From: Macrostomum lignano
Lineage: Eukaryota
Direction: 5' to 3'
Assembly: GCA_002269645.1 (NCBI GenBank)
Contig: NIVC01000932.1
Coordinates: forward strand, 1 to 64,000
DNA length: 64,000 nt
The notes beneath the pieces are model-generated. The model ran no database searches. It was given only the letters and a program-made list of their open reading frames with translations, and was not told the DNA's origin. Each line of letters opens with the position of its first letter. Position 1 is the first letter of the stretch. Positions 62,901 through 64,000 of the stretch are shown piece after piece. Position numbers and translations under genes: made by a program.

Positions 62901-63544
62901 CTCTCCTTCTCCCTTATACCTGCAACCTTTTTATTGGATTTCAAAACAACTGTCGAAACTTTTCACGGAGAATGCAAAGATATTTCACTCAAATATGAAA
63001 GAGTTTATTCTGCTCTAACCTGAGACCAATTTTGTAAAGACCAACCTACTCGTACTGAAACCGAAGCAAAGTGAAATTGGGGAAAATGGGGGGTTGTTCA
63101 AGGAGGAGTTGCCAATCCAAGTTGTGGCTGCGGATCTCCATGGCTTAATGCAGGAAAATTAGTAACGAACCGCAGCGCCGGCCGTGTGGGAACTGCGGCA
63201 ATAAATGAAGGCTTTAGAGAAGAAGCTGGCAACAGTGGTTTCCGCTTTTAGCCAACTGCCCTGCCCCCTCGAGTCGCCTCTCAGCCTGAGATAGTTTACA
63301 ACCCGAGAGACTAGCAGCTCCAGGCCCGGCCCTCGACGCAGGCAGGCAATTTTCGACTTCGAAACGGCACATGCTGGCGAGACGGCGGCAGCTGCTGGCC
63401 CAGACCAGATCCCAATGCTCCGCTGTGATGGGCGCGACAGACAGCAGCGGCTTGGCTCGCTTCGCATCCGGAGGTTTGCTTATCTTGTTTATGAGTACCT
63501 CATGGGCCTTTCTTGATGGCGCTAGGGATTTATTTGTTGGGGAA

Positions 63545-64000
63545 ATACTTAGGGAGAGGGGCAGGGAGAGATTAAGGGAGGGGGCAGGGAGAGATTAAGG
63601 GAGGGGGTGAGAGATTAAGAGAGAAGGGCAGGGAGAGATTAAGAGAGAAGGGTAGGGAGAGATTAAGGGAGAGGGGCAGGGAGAGATTAAGGGAGAGGGG
63701 CAGGGAGAGATTAAGGGAGGGGTAGGGAGAGATTAAGGGAGAGGGGTGAGAGATTAAGGGAGAGGGGCAGGGAGAGATTAAGAGAGAAGGGTAGGGAGAG
63801 ATTAAGGGAGAGGGGCAGGGAGAGATTAAGAGAGAAGGGTAGGGAGAGATTAAGGGAGAGGGGCAGGGAGAGATTAAGGGAGAGGGGCAGGGAGAGATTA
63901 AGGGAGAGGGGCAGGGAGAGATTAAGGGAGAGGGCAGGGAGAGATTAAGGGAGAGGGGCAGGGAGAGATTAAGGGAGAGGGGCAGGGAGAGATTAAGAGA
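63545..64000. repeat. ~21-24-bp G-rich minisatellite (gggagagattaagggagaggggca)n, runs off the window
   Basis: Directly visible. Confidence 0.95.

Noticed and set aside
63159-63500. GC-rich minus-strand ORF near the window end
   Set aside because: No recognisable domain or confident splice model; it may belong to a gene extending outside the window.

Overview
Eukaryotic (metazoan) genomic DNA with GC-rich spliced exons and introns swollen by micro- and minisatellites. The style resembles a macrostomid flatworm, but that is inference only. There are no prokaryotic features, rRNA, intact tRNA or CRISPR. Genes: a 2-exon rhodopsin-family GPCR (+, one 1-bp frameshift); two divergently oriented bestrophin paralogs (- and +) flanking a pancreatic-type lipase (-); a ~13-exon AMPA/kainate-type ionotropic glutamate receptor (+, one 1-bp frameshift, altered glutamate pocket); a calmodulin-like gene (-); an orphan single-exon ORF; and fragments of two or three unidentified genes. 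Mobile DNA: an apparently intact, recently inserted Ngaro/DIRS-type tyrosine-recombinase retrotransposon (27790-32173, split direct repeats) next to, and probably nested in, a truncated Crypton-like element, both inside a bestrophin intron. Also two hAT MITEs with 8-bp TSDs, an LTR plus tRNA-Leu PBS fragment, a tRNA-derived SINE family, a CORE-type SINE and a LINE 3' end. Most long ORFs in the supplied track are artefacts of tandem repeats. The most notable signals are the Ngaro expression signals (A AAA AAC slippery site fused to a TGATG stop/start, SAP-domain Gag, ATG-less recombinase behind a splice acceptor), tandem repeats that copy splice sites, candidate introns made almost wholly of microsatellite, and MEF2/AP-1 motif clusters carried in transposon-derived DNA. 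Exon models were read by eye and repeat boundaries are approximate.
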